Both the position numbers and the translations under genes were made by a program. Below, piece by piece: positions 19,934-30,200 of a DNA stretch of 64,000 bases; position 1 is the stretch's first letter; the number at the start of each line of letters is the position of its first letter. Origin of the DNA: Planctomycetota bacterium. Lineage in GTDB: Bacteria > Planctomycetota > UBA1135 > UBA2386. Location: assembly GCA_041178545.1 (NCBI GenBank), contig JBEGVB010000024.1:3355-67354 (forward strand). The letters are read 5' to 3'. The notes under the pieces are model-generated. The model did no database searches and was not told where the DNA came from. It saw only the letters and a program-made list of their open reading frames with translations.

Positions 19934-21052
19934 ATGAAGACACGTGCGCTGCTCTTCGCCATGCCGTTGCTCGCGGCCCTCGCGCTCGCATGGGCCCTGT
20001 GGCACGAGGGTGGCGAACCCGTGGCGGTCCCGCAGCCGGACCCGTCCCAGGCCACCGAGGAGCCTGCTGCGGGTGCCCCGGCAGCGGCGGCTCCCGTGGC
20101 GACCACCACACCCGGCCCCGAACAGGTCCCGGCGCCGATGGCACCGCCCGAGGCACGGGAGACCGTCCAGCCGAAGGGTTGGACCGCGGGCATCATCCGC
20201 GGCGACGTCCAACTCGCAGCCTCGGTGGTCGACCGCATCCAGGGGCTGCAGGTGACCGTGGCCGAGCTCAAGGCGGTGCTCGACACGCAGGGCAATGCCA
20301 CGCGCCCGTGGACCCGCACCCAGCGCGTGGAGATGGGCAAGGGCACCCCCACCTTCGAGGTGCGCGAGGTCCCGTTCTCCAAGTACGGCTACGCAGTGCG
20401 CATCTACTCGCCCGGGCTCAACGGCAGCCAGCAGACCGTGACCATCACCGAGGAGCACCCGCTGGAGGAGGGCGTGCGCCTGTCCGTGACCCCGGGCGTG
20501 CCCTTCTCGGTGCTGCTGCGCGACCAGGACGCCAACCCGGTTCCCGCGGCCCCGGTCAAGATGGCGCCGATCGGCGACCCGCCCGGCCGCCCGGTCCACG
20601 ACGGCACCTCGGACGGCTTCGGCAGCGCGGTGTTCGCAGACGTGCTGGCGGGCGACTACCGCATCTTCGTCGGCCCTGCCCATGCACCGCTCATGGAACC
20701 CGTCGAGGTCACCGTGCACCCCGCAGGCATGACCTTCCGCAACGGGCAGGTGCTCAGCCAGGGCACCACCGTGGTCGTGCCCCGAGGCGTGCCCGTCACC
20801 GTGCTCGTCCGCGACGTGGGCAACTACGGCGTGGCGGACGCACGCGTGCGGCTGCAGGCCACGGACCGCGTCAAGCTCACCGTCGTCGAGGGGACCACCG
20901 ACTTGGCCGGCCGGTGGAGCATCCAGCACCTGCAGCCCGGCATCTGGCAGGTGGACGTGATCAAGGACGGCTACCAACGCACGTCGAGGCAGTTCACGGC
21001 CACCGAGGGTACACCGGTGCCCGACCTCGAGTTCCGCATCCTGCGGAACTGA
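19934..21052 (+). CDS. Membrane-anchored protein with carboxypeptidase-regulatory-like (beta-sandwich) repeats
   Basis: N-terminal TM segment, Pro/Ala linker, repeated VRD..G..V..A.V...T...G.....L.PG.Y/W motifs. Confidence 0.7.
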   Translation: MKTRALLFAMPLLAALALAWALWHEGGEPVAVPQPDPSQATEEPAAGAPAAAAPVATTTPGPEQVPAPMAPPEARETVQPKGWTAGIIRGDVQLAASVVDRIQGLQVTVAELKAVLDTQGNATRPWTRTQRVEMGKGTPTFEVREVPFSKYGYAVRIYSPGLNGSQQTVTITEEHPLEEGVRLSVTPGVPFSVLLRDQDANPVPAAPVKMAPIGDPPGRPVHDGTSDGFGSAVFADVLAGDYRIFVGPAHAPLMEPVEVTVHPAGMTFRNGQVLSQGTTVVVPRGVPVTVLVRDVGNYGVADARVRLQATDRVKLTVVEGTTDLAGRWSIQHLQPGIWQVDVIKDGYQRTSRQFTATEGTPVPDLEFRILRN

Positions 21053-21133
21053 GCCAGGGTGGCTGCCGGTACCGCGCAAAGTCCTGCCTCCGCGGTTCCT
21101 GCAGGCGCAACCGCCTGCTAGCGTGTGGCAACC

Positions 21134-21613
21134 ATGGGACAGCCGATCGTCGACCTCAGCACCCTCGACCTCTCCAAGGACGTCGTGAGCACGGAGGAAC
21201 TGCGGCAGATCGTGCCCCACCGCGAGTACTTCCAGATGCTCGACGGCATCTGCCACCTCGACCTCGAGCAGGGCATCATCGTCGCCTACAAGGACTGGGA
21301 CGCGAACCCGTGGTGGGCAGGCGGCCACATCCCCGGCCGGCCGATCATGCCAGGCGTGCTGATGATCGAGGGTGCAGCCCAGTCGGCCACCCTGCTCATC
21401 AAGCGCACGCTGGGCTGGCCCAACGAACGCTTCGTCGGGCTCGGCGGCCTCAACGACGTCCGATTCCGCGGCCAGGTGGTGCCCCCCGCGCGCGTTTACT
21501 TCGTGTCCAAGCGGGGCCAGACCAGCGGCAGCCGCCTCGCGCGCTACCCCGCGCAGGCATTCTGCAACGGGCAGCTGATCCTCGAGATGGAACTGCTGGG
21601 CGTGCTGATCTGA
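21134..21613 (+). CDS. fabZ: 3-hydroxyacyl-ACP dehydratase, FabZ/FabA hotdog family
   Basis: IVPHR, GHIPGRPIMPGVLMIEGAAQ, VRFRGQVVP. Confidence 0.75.
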   Translation: MGQPIVDLSTLDLSKDVVSTEELRQIVPHREYFQMLDGICHLDLEQGIIVAYKDWDANPWWAGGHIPGRPIMPGVLMIEGAAQSATLLIKRTLGWPNERFVGLGGLNDVRFRGQVVPPARVYFVSKRGQTSGSRLARYPAQAFCNGQLILEMELLGVLI

Positions 21614-21623
21614 GGCGCACCCG

Positions 21624-23510
21624 GTGACCCAGCTGCCCCCTGCGCCGCGCTGGTACCTGCTGCTGCCGCTGCTCGCAGCACTCGCATGGTGGCCCGGCGC
21701 AGCCGCCTGGCAGAGCGACGACTGGCTCGCACTCGAGCGTGTCAGCGACTTCCGCAACGTGCTTGCCGACTGGTTCGGGCCCCAGTTCGGGGCCAGCGAC
21801 CTGTGGTGGTTCCACCGCCCGGTGGTGACCACCAGCTTCTGGGTCGACTGGGTGCTCGCGGGCGACAACCCGCCCTGGTTCCACTGCACCAACGTGCTGC
21901 TGCACGCGGCAAGCGCATTGCTCATGGCGCTCGCGTGGCGCCGCGTCGCAACCGATGCCACGGCCTTCCTCGCAGGCCTGCTGTGGTCGGTGTCCCCCAC
22001 CCATGCAGGAGCCGTGCTGTGGGCAGCGGGGCGCAGCGACCTGCTCGCCACGCTGTTCACGCTGACCAGCATCCTCTGCCTGCTGCGCACGATGGAAGGG
22101 CAGCGGCACGGCCGCACGTGCAGCCTGGTCGCGCTCGCGCTCGCGCTGTGCAGCAAGGAAGTCGCGTTCGCCGCCCCAGCCCTGCTCTCTGCCATCGCCT
22201 TTGCGCTGGCACCCGCGGGCGAACGAGTCCGCACGGTCGTGCGGCAGACCGCGGCTCACTGGCTGCTGTTCGCCCTCGTGCTGGTGGTGCGACTGCTGGC
22301 CATCGGCAGGCTCGGCGGCGGTTACAGCGGTGCGAGCCACGATCCGGTGGCCATGGCGGCCGGGCTGGGCTCGGTCGCGGTCCAACTGCTCTCACCGCCC
22401 AACTGGCTCCCTGCTGAACTGTGGATGGCTCGACCGGGGACCGAGTCCGGCACCGGACTCGTGGCCCTGCTCGCACCCGCCAGCTACCTGCTCCAGGCAG
22501 TCCCGCTTGCACTGGGTCTGGCCTTGTTGTTCCGCCGCGAGGCGATGCTTGCCGGACTCGCGCTCTTCGTGCTCGCCTGTGCACCGATGGCAGGGTTCCT
22601 GTCGACACCCGAGCAGTTCCACAACCTCCGCTACTTCCACCTTGCCCTCGGCGCGCTGTGCGGCGTGGTCGCGTGCGGCTCGCGCCTCTGCGCGCTGGTC
22701 GCTGCCGTCGCATGGCTGGTGTTCCTGCAGCCGGTCCGTGCGGTGTACGAGTCCGCGGCCCGTGAGAGCGCGGACCTGCGCAGGGCGGTCGAGACCGTGG
22801 TGCCGCCGCAGCAGCCGCAGGACGAGATGCCGCTGCTGTTCGTCGCGGGCCTGCCGCACACGACCGTGGACGGCATGGTGCTGCAGTACCACTTCGGCGT
22901 CGACCGCGTGACCAAGGGAAGGGCACGGCTGCTGCCGCTGCGCCCTGCCGTCGAGTCGCAAGGCGCCTACCGCTTGTTCGCGGACGCGGCAGGTGCCTTC
23001 GGCATCCCGGGCGCGCGCACCTTCCGGGCCGAGCCGCACGGGCTCATGGTGGCGCTCGACCCGCAGGACCTGCCGGCAGTGCCGCTCGGCACCGTGCGCA
23101 GCTTCGACTGTTCTGCAGCCGCACTGGGGCGCATCGCTGCCGGGACCGAGTCACCGGCCATCCACCTGCCCGGCCTGCGGCGCCCGCACTACCGCATCAC
23201 GGTGTTCACGGCCGTGGGCTGCTTCTGCCTCGTGGTGCCGGACGCACCCGACGACGGCCTCGACGCACTGCTGGAGCTGAAGAGCCTGTTCAAGACCGCC
23301 CAGTGGGGCACGGAACCGGGCTCCAACCTGCTCATCGGCCTGCAGGTGCCGACCATCCACGACCTGCACACCGACTTCCCGGTACTCGTCGAGGCGGGCG
23401 AACTCACGCCACGGGGGTTCGTCCCCTCGCACCGTGCGCGCGAACTGCTCACGTTCCGCTTCGACCGCGAGTTGCCGAGCTTCGTGCGTGCGGCCACGGG
23501 CGGCGGCTGA
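21624..23510 (+). CDS. Multi-pass membrane protein, GT-C fold glycosyltransferase-like
   Basis: SDDW loop, FHRPVV, FHCTNVLLH, P.H..AV.W..GR.DLL, SKE motifs typical of PMT/TMTC-like GT-C proteins; many TM helices. Confidence 0.65.
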   Translation: MTQLPPAPRWYLLLPLLAALAWWPGAAAWQSDDWLALERVSDFRNVLADWFGPQFGASDLWWFHRPVVTTSFWVDWVLAGDNPPWFHCTNVLLHAASALLMALAWRRVATDATAFLAGLLWSVSPTHAGAVLWAAGRSDLLATLFTLTSILCLLRTMEGQRHGRTCSLVALALALCSKEVAFAAPALLSAIAFALAPAGERVRTVVRQTAAHWLLFALVLVVRLLAIGRLGGGYSGASHDPVAMAAGLGSVAVQLLSPPNWLPAELWMARPGTESGTGLVALLAPASYLLQAVPLALGLALLFRREAMLAGLALFVLACAPMAGFLSTPEQFHNLRYFHLALGALCGVVACGSRLCALVAAVAWLVFLQPVRAVYESAARESADLRRAVETVVPPQQPQDEMPLLFVAGLPHTTVDGMVLQYHFGVDRVTKGRARLLPLRPAVESQGAYRLFADAAGAFGIPGARTFRAEPHGLMVALDPQDLPAVPLGTVRSFDCSAAALGRIAAGTESPAIHLPGLRRPHYRITVFTAVGCFCLVVPDAPDDGLDALLELKSLFKTAQWGTEPGSNLLIGLQVPTIHDLHTDFPVLVEAGELTPRGFVPSHRARELLTFRFDRELPSFVRAATGGG

Positions 23511-23523
23511 CTCCCGGCGCAGC

Positions 23524-24150
23524 TCAGGCTGCGTACAGGTCGATGTCGAGCTCGAGCCCGAGCGCGCCCAACTCGGCGACGAGGTCGCGGTCGAGGTGGA
23601 AGCCAGCCATGGTCTCGACGGCACCGTGGTAGGCAATGGCAACCTGTGCCGACTGCAGGCCGCGCAGCGCGAGCACCTCGTCCCAGCGCGGCTCCGCGCG
23701 CAGCATCGCAACCAGCTCGGCAACGTTCTCCTCGGGCCAGTGCCAGCCGGGCAGTTCCACCTCGCGGATCCAGAGGCCGTGGTCGCGCACCCGCGAGCTG
23801 CCGTGCTGCACCTCGCCCTTGGCAAAGGCACGCGTGGGTACCATGCGGAGCAGGCTGGAGACCGCTGCGGGCTGCAGGTCACCGAGGCCGAGGACGAGTT
23901 CGACGCGCGAGCCCGGCAGCACCGAGAAGCCTTCCTCGCGCCATCCATCCGCAACGGGCTTCCACTGCAGCTCCACCACGGGCGAGGTCCTGCCGACGCG
24001 GAAGTACTGGCGCAACAGCGTGCCGCTCGCGTCCGTGTGGAAGGCCATCTGACGGGCCCAGTCGACCTGCCGCGCCACCATGCTGCGGATGGGGTCGCGC
24101 CCGGTGCACTGCAGCCGTCCGAACGGGACCTGCGGCGCGGGTGCGTGCAC
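23524..24150 (-). CDS. Hypothetical protein (C-terminus resembles DUF4279)
   Basis: GTG start just after the Pus10 stop with GAGG upstream; ends ...LGALGLELDIDLY. Confidence 0.5.
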   Translation of the reverse strand: MHAPAPQVPFGRLQCTGRDPIRSMVARQVDWARQMAFHTDASGTLLRQYFRVGRTSPVVELQWKPVADGWREEGFSVLPGSRVELVLGLGDLQPAAVSSLLRMVPTRAFAKGEVQHGSSRVRDHGLWIREVELPGWHWPEENVAELVAMLRAEPRWDEVLALRGLQSAQVAIAYHGAVETMAGFHLDRDLVAELGALGLELDIDLYAA

Positions 24151-24151
24151 C

Positions 24152-25009
24152 TCAGTCCTCCCCTGGGGCGGGTGCCGCGAACCGCGGGCCCTCGACGTCG
24201 TCGGTGAGGATCTCGAGCACGTCCAGCACGTCGCACCTGCAGGCCGTGCCCAGCAGCGAGGCCAGCGAGGGAACGGTCCTGCCCTCGTCGCCACTGATCC
24301 ACTCCTTCACGTAGGTGCCGTGCTGGCACAGCAGCCTGAGCTCGAGCCGGTCAGGGGCCATCACCTGCAGGTCGACCACCCGCACACGGCGGCGGCGGTC
24401 CAGGTCGGCGCGGCGGTGTGCCACGCGCTGTGGCGTGCGCTGGACCACGACTTCCTCGAACCCCACGGTGCGAGCCACCAGGTCTGCAGCCACGGGGGCC
24501 GCGCACGCGACCTCTGCGCGGTAGACCTTGTCGAAGTGCGACTCCTTCCAGTGCGGCACGCGGTCGCGCTTCACGCGCACGAACGGGGCCAGCTCGATTG
24601 CACCGCCAGCCCGTTCGACGATCTCACGGCGCAGTGCCTCGAGGTCGACCTCGGGGTTGCGCACACCGTTCAGCTCGATGACGAAGGGGCGGCCCGCGCC
24701 CAGCATCAGCACGTCGATGTCCTCGCGGCCGGCACCGTGGAACGCACTCGAACGGGCGCGGAACGCGGGCACCATGCGCCGCGCGACCAGTTCCTGCACC
24801 GACTCCTTCGTCAGCTTGCCGAAGCCGCCGCACGTCGCGCAGCCCTCCCGCCGGCGGCGGTTCCCCTTGCAGGCAGGGCACCAGAAGATGGTCTGCGGCA
24901 GGCCGCGCACGAGCTTGCGGTACCGGGACTCGAACCAGAGGTCGAGCCTCGCACTGCGACGGTCGCTGCGGTCACCGGTGACTCCACCGGGAGAGGGTGT
25001 CTCGCTCAC
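24152..25009 (-). CDS. pus10: tRNA pseudouridine(54/55) synthase Pus10, catalytic domain only
   Basis: RYRKLVRGLPQT, CxxC...CxxC insert, FHGAGREDIDVLMLGAGRPFVIE, QRTPQRVAHRRAD, GTYVKEWISGDEGRTVPSL, LDV. Confidence 0.9.
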   Translation of the reverse strand: MSETPSPGGVTGDRSDRRSARLDLWFESRYRKLVRGLPQTIFWCPACKGNRRRREGCATCGGFGKLTKESVQELVARRMVPAFRARSSAFHGAGREDIDVLMLGAGRPFVIELNGVRNPEVDLEALRREIVERAGGAIELAPFVRVKRDRVPHWKESHFDKVYRAEVACAAPVAADLVARTVGFEEVVVQRTPQRVAHRRADLDRRRRVRVVDLQVMAPDRLELRLLCQHGTYVKEWISGDEGRTVPSLASLLGTACRCDVLDVLEILTDDVEGPRFAAPAPGED

Positions 25010-25050
25010 GGCGGCGCAGTATAGGCAGCACCGCGCGGGTCCCGCGACGG

Positions 25051-25479
25051 TCAGCCTGCCGGCACGGGGTCGAGCGGGGCCTTGCGCCGGCCCTGGGCAC
25101 CGCCCTGGGCCTGGGTGTTGCGACGGGACCGGAAGCGGCCCACGAACCCGAAGAACTCCTTCACGTCGAGCGGGCTCTGCAGGAACGAGTGGATGTGGTG
25201 CTTGGCCTTCTGCACGCCCATGTCCTTGATGCTGGCTGCGGGAGCGATCACCACGAGTTCGGTGTCGTGGTCGAACGAACGCATGTACTGCAGCAGTTGG
25301 ACCGTCTCCGCGTCGCGGGGGTCCACGCCCAGGAACACGCAGTCGAACTTCTTGTGCCGCAGCTGGGCGATGGCCTCGTAGCCGAGCCCCACCTGCACGT
25401 GGCAGTCGGGGAACTGTTCGAGGCCAACCTTCACCTGGTCGCGGACCAGAGGATCCTTCTCCACCAGCAGGAACTCCAT
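25051..25479 (-). CDS. Single-domain atypical response-regulator receiver
   Basis: MEFLLVEKDPLVR..., FDCVFLGVD, FLQSPLD: REC fold with degenerate active-site residues. Confidence 0.65.
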   Translation of the reverse strand: MEFLLVEKDPLVRDQVKVGLEQFPDCHVQVGLGYEAIAQLRHKKFDCVFLGVDPRDAETVQLLQYMRSFDHDTELVVIAPAASIKDMGVQKAKHHIHSFLQSPLDVKEFFGFVGRFRSRRNTQAQGGAQGRRKAPLDPVPAG

Positions 25480-25513
25480 GGTATTGGCCCTATCGGCATG
25501 GGAGGCTGCGCGA

Positions 25514-26461
25514 GTGAACTTCCAGGCAGGTGTCGACGAGGCAGGGCTCGGCCCGATCCTTGGCCCACTGGTCGTCGCGGGCGTCGCGATGGGCGGTCCC
25601 GAGGGTGCCGACCCGTGGCAACTGCTGGCCGGGCGGGTCGCCCGCGAGCGCCATGCGAAGGGCAAGTTGCGCGTGGCCGACAGCAAGAAGGTGCACTCGG
25701 GGGCCCACGGCCTGGAGCGGCTCGAGCAGACCGTCCTCGGCTTCTGGGGTGCCTTCCGCGGCGGCCTGCCGACCACCCTGGCCGAGTGGCTGCACGACCT
25801 CGGCCACGACACCAGCGGCCTCAGCCGGTGCCCTTGGTACCAGTCGCTCGACCTTGCCCTCCCGCTGCACACGGACCGTGGGCTGCTGGAGCTGCAGGCG
25901 GCGATGCTGGCGCGGGACCTCGAGTCCGCAGGCCTGCAGCTCGCCCGCATCGCCGTGCGCCCGGTCGAGGTCGAGGAGTGGAACGCGCTGATCGCCGAGA
26001 CCGACAACAAGAGCCGGGCCCACTTCCGTGTGTATGCGGAGGTCATCGCACGCATCCTCGAGGTGCTGCCCGCGGGCGCCCACCTCGTTGCCGACCGGGC
26101 TGGTGGCCGCATGCACTACCGCAACGACCTGGTGCGAATCCGCCCCAGTTGCCGCGTGGAGGTCGTGCAGGAGCAGAAGGCCGTGTCGGTCTACAGGCTG
26201 CACGAGGACGGTGCGACGCGCACCGTCACCTTCAGCGAGAAGGCCGAGAACCGGGCTTTCCCCACGGCTCTCGCCAGTTGCTTCGCCAAGTACACCCGCG
26301 AGCTGTTCCTGCGCGTGCTCAATGACTGGTTCGCCTCCCGCGTGCCAGGCATCACCCCCACCGCCGGGTACTTCGTCGACGGGCACCGGTTCCTGCGGGA
26401 CCTGGAGCCGCACGCGGCCGGCCTGGCACTGCCACGGGAACTGCTCGTGCGCTGTCGCTGA
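25514..26461 (+). CDS. Ribonuclease HII-like protein
   Basis: AGVDEAGLGPILGPLVV, ADSKKV, VAD, KAE, ALASCFAKYTRE, TAGY. Confidence 0.75.
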   Translation: MNFQAGVDEAGLGPILGPLVVAGVAMGGPEGADPWQLLAGRVARERHAKGKLRVADSKKVHSGAHGLERLEQTVLGFWGAFRGGLPTTLAEWLHDLGHDTSGLSRCPWYQSLDLALPLHTDRGLLELQAAMLARDLESAGLQLARIAVRPVEVEEWNALIAETDNKSRAHFRVYAEVIARILEVLPAGAHLVADRAGGRMHYRNDLVRIRPSCRVEVVQEQKAVSVYRLHEDGATRTVTFSEKAENRAFPTALASCFAKYTRELFLRVLNDWFASRVPGITPTAGYFVDGHRFLRDLEPHAAGLALPRELLVRCR

Positions 26462-26520
26462 ACGGGACGAGGCGCCCTCATCCCCTTGCGGCTCGTGTGG
26501 AGGGTCGCCATCCTGCGACC

Positions 26521-27162
26521 ATGCTGCGCGCCCTGGCCCTGCTCTCCGTCGCCCTGCCTGCCGCTGCCCTCGGTGGCAGGCTCACCGCGCCCGTGTCGAG
26601 CGAGGAGCCGCCGCTCCAGATGGTCCTCACCGTCGGCGGCGTCGAGCACCGCATGGTCGACGGCAGGGAGGTCGAGATCGAGGTGGGTGGAAACAAGGTC
26701 AAGGCCAACGTGAGCGTTGCACCGGTCCGCACCTTCGAGGGCGCCGGCATCCGCTTCGAGTTCCCGCGCGACATGGCGTGGTCCCACCAACCGGGCGAGG
26801 AGGCGGAGATCTGGACGCTCGACGGCGACGAGTTCGTCATCCACGTCAACTCCTACCCGTCCGGCGACCCGCTGGAACTCGCCGAGGAGACCGTGAAGCA
26901 GATCGCACGCACGGTGGACGAGGCCAACGATGCCAAGCCGAAGCGCTCGGAGTTCCAACTGGGCATGCTGACCTGCAGCGCCTACTCGGTGGAGATCGGC
27001 CTTGCCGGATTCGAGATGTCGCTCACGGCAATTGCCCTCCCCATCGAGGATCGCCCGGTCGTGATCCTGCTCCAGCGCGGGACCGAGGACCAGGACGAGA
27101 ACCCGGAGGAGACCAGGCAGGTGATGGAACTGCTCCGCACCACCTTCCGCGTCGTGGACTGA
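26521..27162 (+). CDS. Secreted hypothetical protein
   Basis: Signal-like N-terminus MLRALALLSVALPAAA; typical GC3-rich codon usage. Confidence 0.6.
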   Translation: MLRALALLSVALPAAALGGRLTAPVSSEEPPLQMVLTVGGVEHRMVDGREVEIEVGGNKVKANVSVAPVRTFEGAGIRFEFPRDMAWSHQPGEEAEIWTLDGDEFVIHVNSYPSGDPLELAEETVKQIARTVDEANDAKPKRSEFQLGMLTCSAYSVEIGLAGFEMSLTAIALPIEDRPVVILLQRGTEDQDENPEETRQVMELLRTTFRVVD

Positions 27163-27252
27163 GACTCCCGCGCGCAGGACCGGGGTCCAGGCGCGCGCGG
27201 ACCACGCCGAGGGTGGCACTCGCAAGCCGCCTCCGTACGATCCCCGCCCTCC

Positions 27253-30200
27253 ATGACGAGCGCGCTCCCCGAGAAGTACGACCCGGCCACGCTGGAACCC
27301 GCGGTCACGCAGAAGTGGCTGCAGCAGAAGGCATTCGGGGCCACGCCCGACGCCCGTGAGAACCGCTACGTCGTGATGATGCCGCTGCCCAACGTGACGG
27401 GTGCGCTGCACATGGGCCATGCGATGGACAACGTGATGCAGGACCTCCTCATCCGCTGGCACCGCATGCAGGGAGACAACACCCTCTGGATGGCTGGTAC
27501 CGACCACGCGGGCATCGCAACCCAGTCCGTGGTGGAGAAGCGACTCAAGGAGATCGAGGGCAGGACGCGGCACGACATCGGTCGCGAGGCCCTCGTCGAG
27601 CGCATCTGGGCCTGGAAGGAACAGTGCCAGACTCGCATCGTCACCCAGCAGCAGGCCATGGGCTGCTCGTGCGACTGGGACCGTACGCGCTTCACCATGG
27701 ACGCAGTGTGCGCACGCGCCGTGCGGCACACGTTCTTCCGGATGTTCCGCGACGGGCTGATCTTCCGCGGCAACCGGCTGGTCAACTGGGACTGCGCGCT
27801 GCAGACCGCGGTGGCGGACGACGAGCTCTACAAGGAGACTGTCCAGGGCAAGTTCCACTACCTGCGTTACCCGGTGGCAAACCCGCAGGCAGGCGAGCCC
27901 ACGCACGTGCACGTGGCCACCACGCGCCCCGAGACCATGCTGGGCGACACGGCAGTGGCAGTGCACCCCGACCCCGCGGGCGCACTCGAGCAGGCCATCG
28001 CCGAACAGCAGGCAAGGGTGGCGGCAGCGACGCCGAAGGAGCGAGCCGATGCGGAGCGCGAGCTCGAACGGCTGGTGGAGCGCCGCACCTCGGTGGTCCC
28101 CCACCTCGTGCAGGTGGCCGCCATGGCACGCGCGGGCCGCAAGGTCGTGCTGCCGCTCCTCGGACGCGAGATCCCCGTCGTGTGCGACACCTGGGCGGAC
28201 CCCACGCTGGGCACCGGCTGCGTCAAGGTCACGCCTGCCCACGACCCCAACGACTATGCCGTGTGGCAGCGCCACCCCCACATCGGCGCGGTCAACATGA
28301 TGCAGCCCGACGGCAGCATCGGTGCCGCAGGCGGCGTGTACCAAGGCCTCGACCGGTTCGAGGCGCGCAAGCGGATCCTCGCCGACCTCGACAAGGCAGG
28401 ACTGCTCGAGCGCATCGAGGACCGCGCCATGGAGGTCGACCACTCCGACCGCAGCAAGACCGTCGTCGAGCCGTGGCTGAGCCGCCAGTGGTTCGTGCGC
28501 ATGGCGGACGTGGAGGGCGGCATCCTCATGGGACGCGGCACCGCCAAGGAGTTCCGCAGCCCCGGCCTCGCCCAGGCGGCGCTCGACGCAACCAACGGGA
28601 CCCTGCCGTCGCTGCCCGGCGGCAAGCCCCGCGCGCAGGTGCAGTTCCACCCCGACCAGGACCGCTACCGCAAGATGTACGACCAGTGGCTCGCCGAGAA
28701 GCGCGACTGGTGCATCAGCCGCCAGCTCTGGTGGGGCCACCGCATCCCCGTGTGGCGCGGCGACATGCCCGTGCACAAGCTGTTGGCCCTCGAGCCGGTG
28801 CTGGGCTCCGCGCTGCAGCGCGACGACATTGCTGCGTGGGTGGTGACCGACGACGGCAAGCGATGGTCCCCTGCCGAGGCATTCGTCGCCCTGCGCCAGC
28901 CGGGCAGTCCTGCTGCCGTCGAGGTGCAGATCTGCTTCCGCGACGAGGCACAGGACGCCCAGCTGGGCCCGATGCTGCAGGGTGCAGGCCTCGCGCTCGA
29001 CCCCGACGTGCTCGACACGTGGTTCAGCTCCGCGCTGTGGCCGCACAGCACGCTGGGCTGGCCCAACCCCACCACGGCTGCCGTCGACGCGGGCCAGAGC
29101 CCCATGGTCACCCCGGACGGCACCAGCGTCCTCGACTACTACTACCCGGGATCGTGCCTCGTCACCGGCCGCGACATCATCACCCTCTGGGTCGCGCGCA
29201 TGGTCGTCACCGGCCTCTACAACCTCGGTGACCTGCCGTTCCGCGACGTGTTCCTGCACGCCACCATCCTCGACGGCAAGGGCGAGCGCATGTCGAAGTC
29301 GAAGGGCAACGGCATCGACCCGCTCGACATCATCTCCCGCTACGGCGCCGATGCCCTGCGCTACATCGTTTGCGAGCTCCAGACCGGCACGCAGGACATC
29401 CGGCTGCCCGTGCAGGCCATCTCGCCGTTCGACAGCGAGGAGCGCCTCATCGACCTCGCCACCGCCAAGCAGGGCCCATTCGTCGGCACCTACGTGGACC
29501 CGAAGACCGGCAAGGTGTTCGACCTCGTCGGCCTCTACCAGAAGGAGGGCTTTGCACAGGCGCGCGCAACCAGCGACCGGTTTGCCGTCGGCGCCAACTT
29601 CTGCAACAAGCTCTTCAACGCCGCGCGTTTCGCCTTCCTCAACGTCGAGGGCTGCACCTTCCGCCCGCTCGACCGGGCCACCCTCCCGCTCGAGGACCGC
29701 TGGGTCCTGTCGCGGTTGCAGGCAGCGGTGACGACCACGCAGGCGCAGCTCTGCGACTACAACCCGTCCGCGGCCATCGGCACGCTGCGCGAGTTCTTCT
29801 GGAACGAGTTCTGCGACTGGTACCTCGAGCTGGTCAAGCCGCGCTTCCGTCCCGAGGCAGACCCGGCGGGCGCCGCCGTGGCGCGGCAGGTGCTTGCTGC
29901 GGTGCTCGACCAGTCCCTGCGGCTGCTGCACCCCTTCGTGCCGTTCCTCACCGAGACCCTGTGGACACGGCTCGACGAACTGGCGCCCGTGCGCGGCATC
30001 GAGACGCCCTTTGCCCCCTCCAAGCTGCTCGTGCACGCACAGTGGCCCGCAGGCCGCCCCGCGTGGAGCGATGCCGCTGCCGAGGAGCAGGTGCGCGCCG
30101 TCCAGCAGTGGTGTGTCGCCATCCGTGAGACCCGCAGCCGGTACCAGGTGGCGCCCAAGGTGCGCCTCGAGTGTCGCATCGCAGCCGAGGGCGCGGTGGC

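Noticed and set aside
26191-30036. 1281-aa minus-strand ORF (likewise 46415-49462 +, 2301-4733 -, 54483-56477 +, 57891-59783 +)
   Set aside because: Antisense shadows of real genes (valS, glyS, FGE protein, fusA, GT-C). Stop codons are rare at high GC and the translations have no recognisable motifs.
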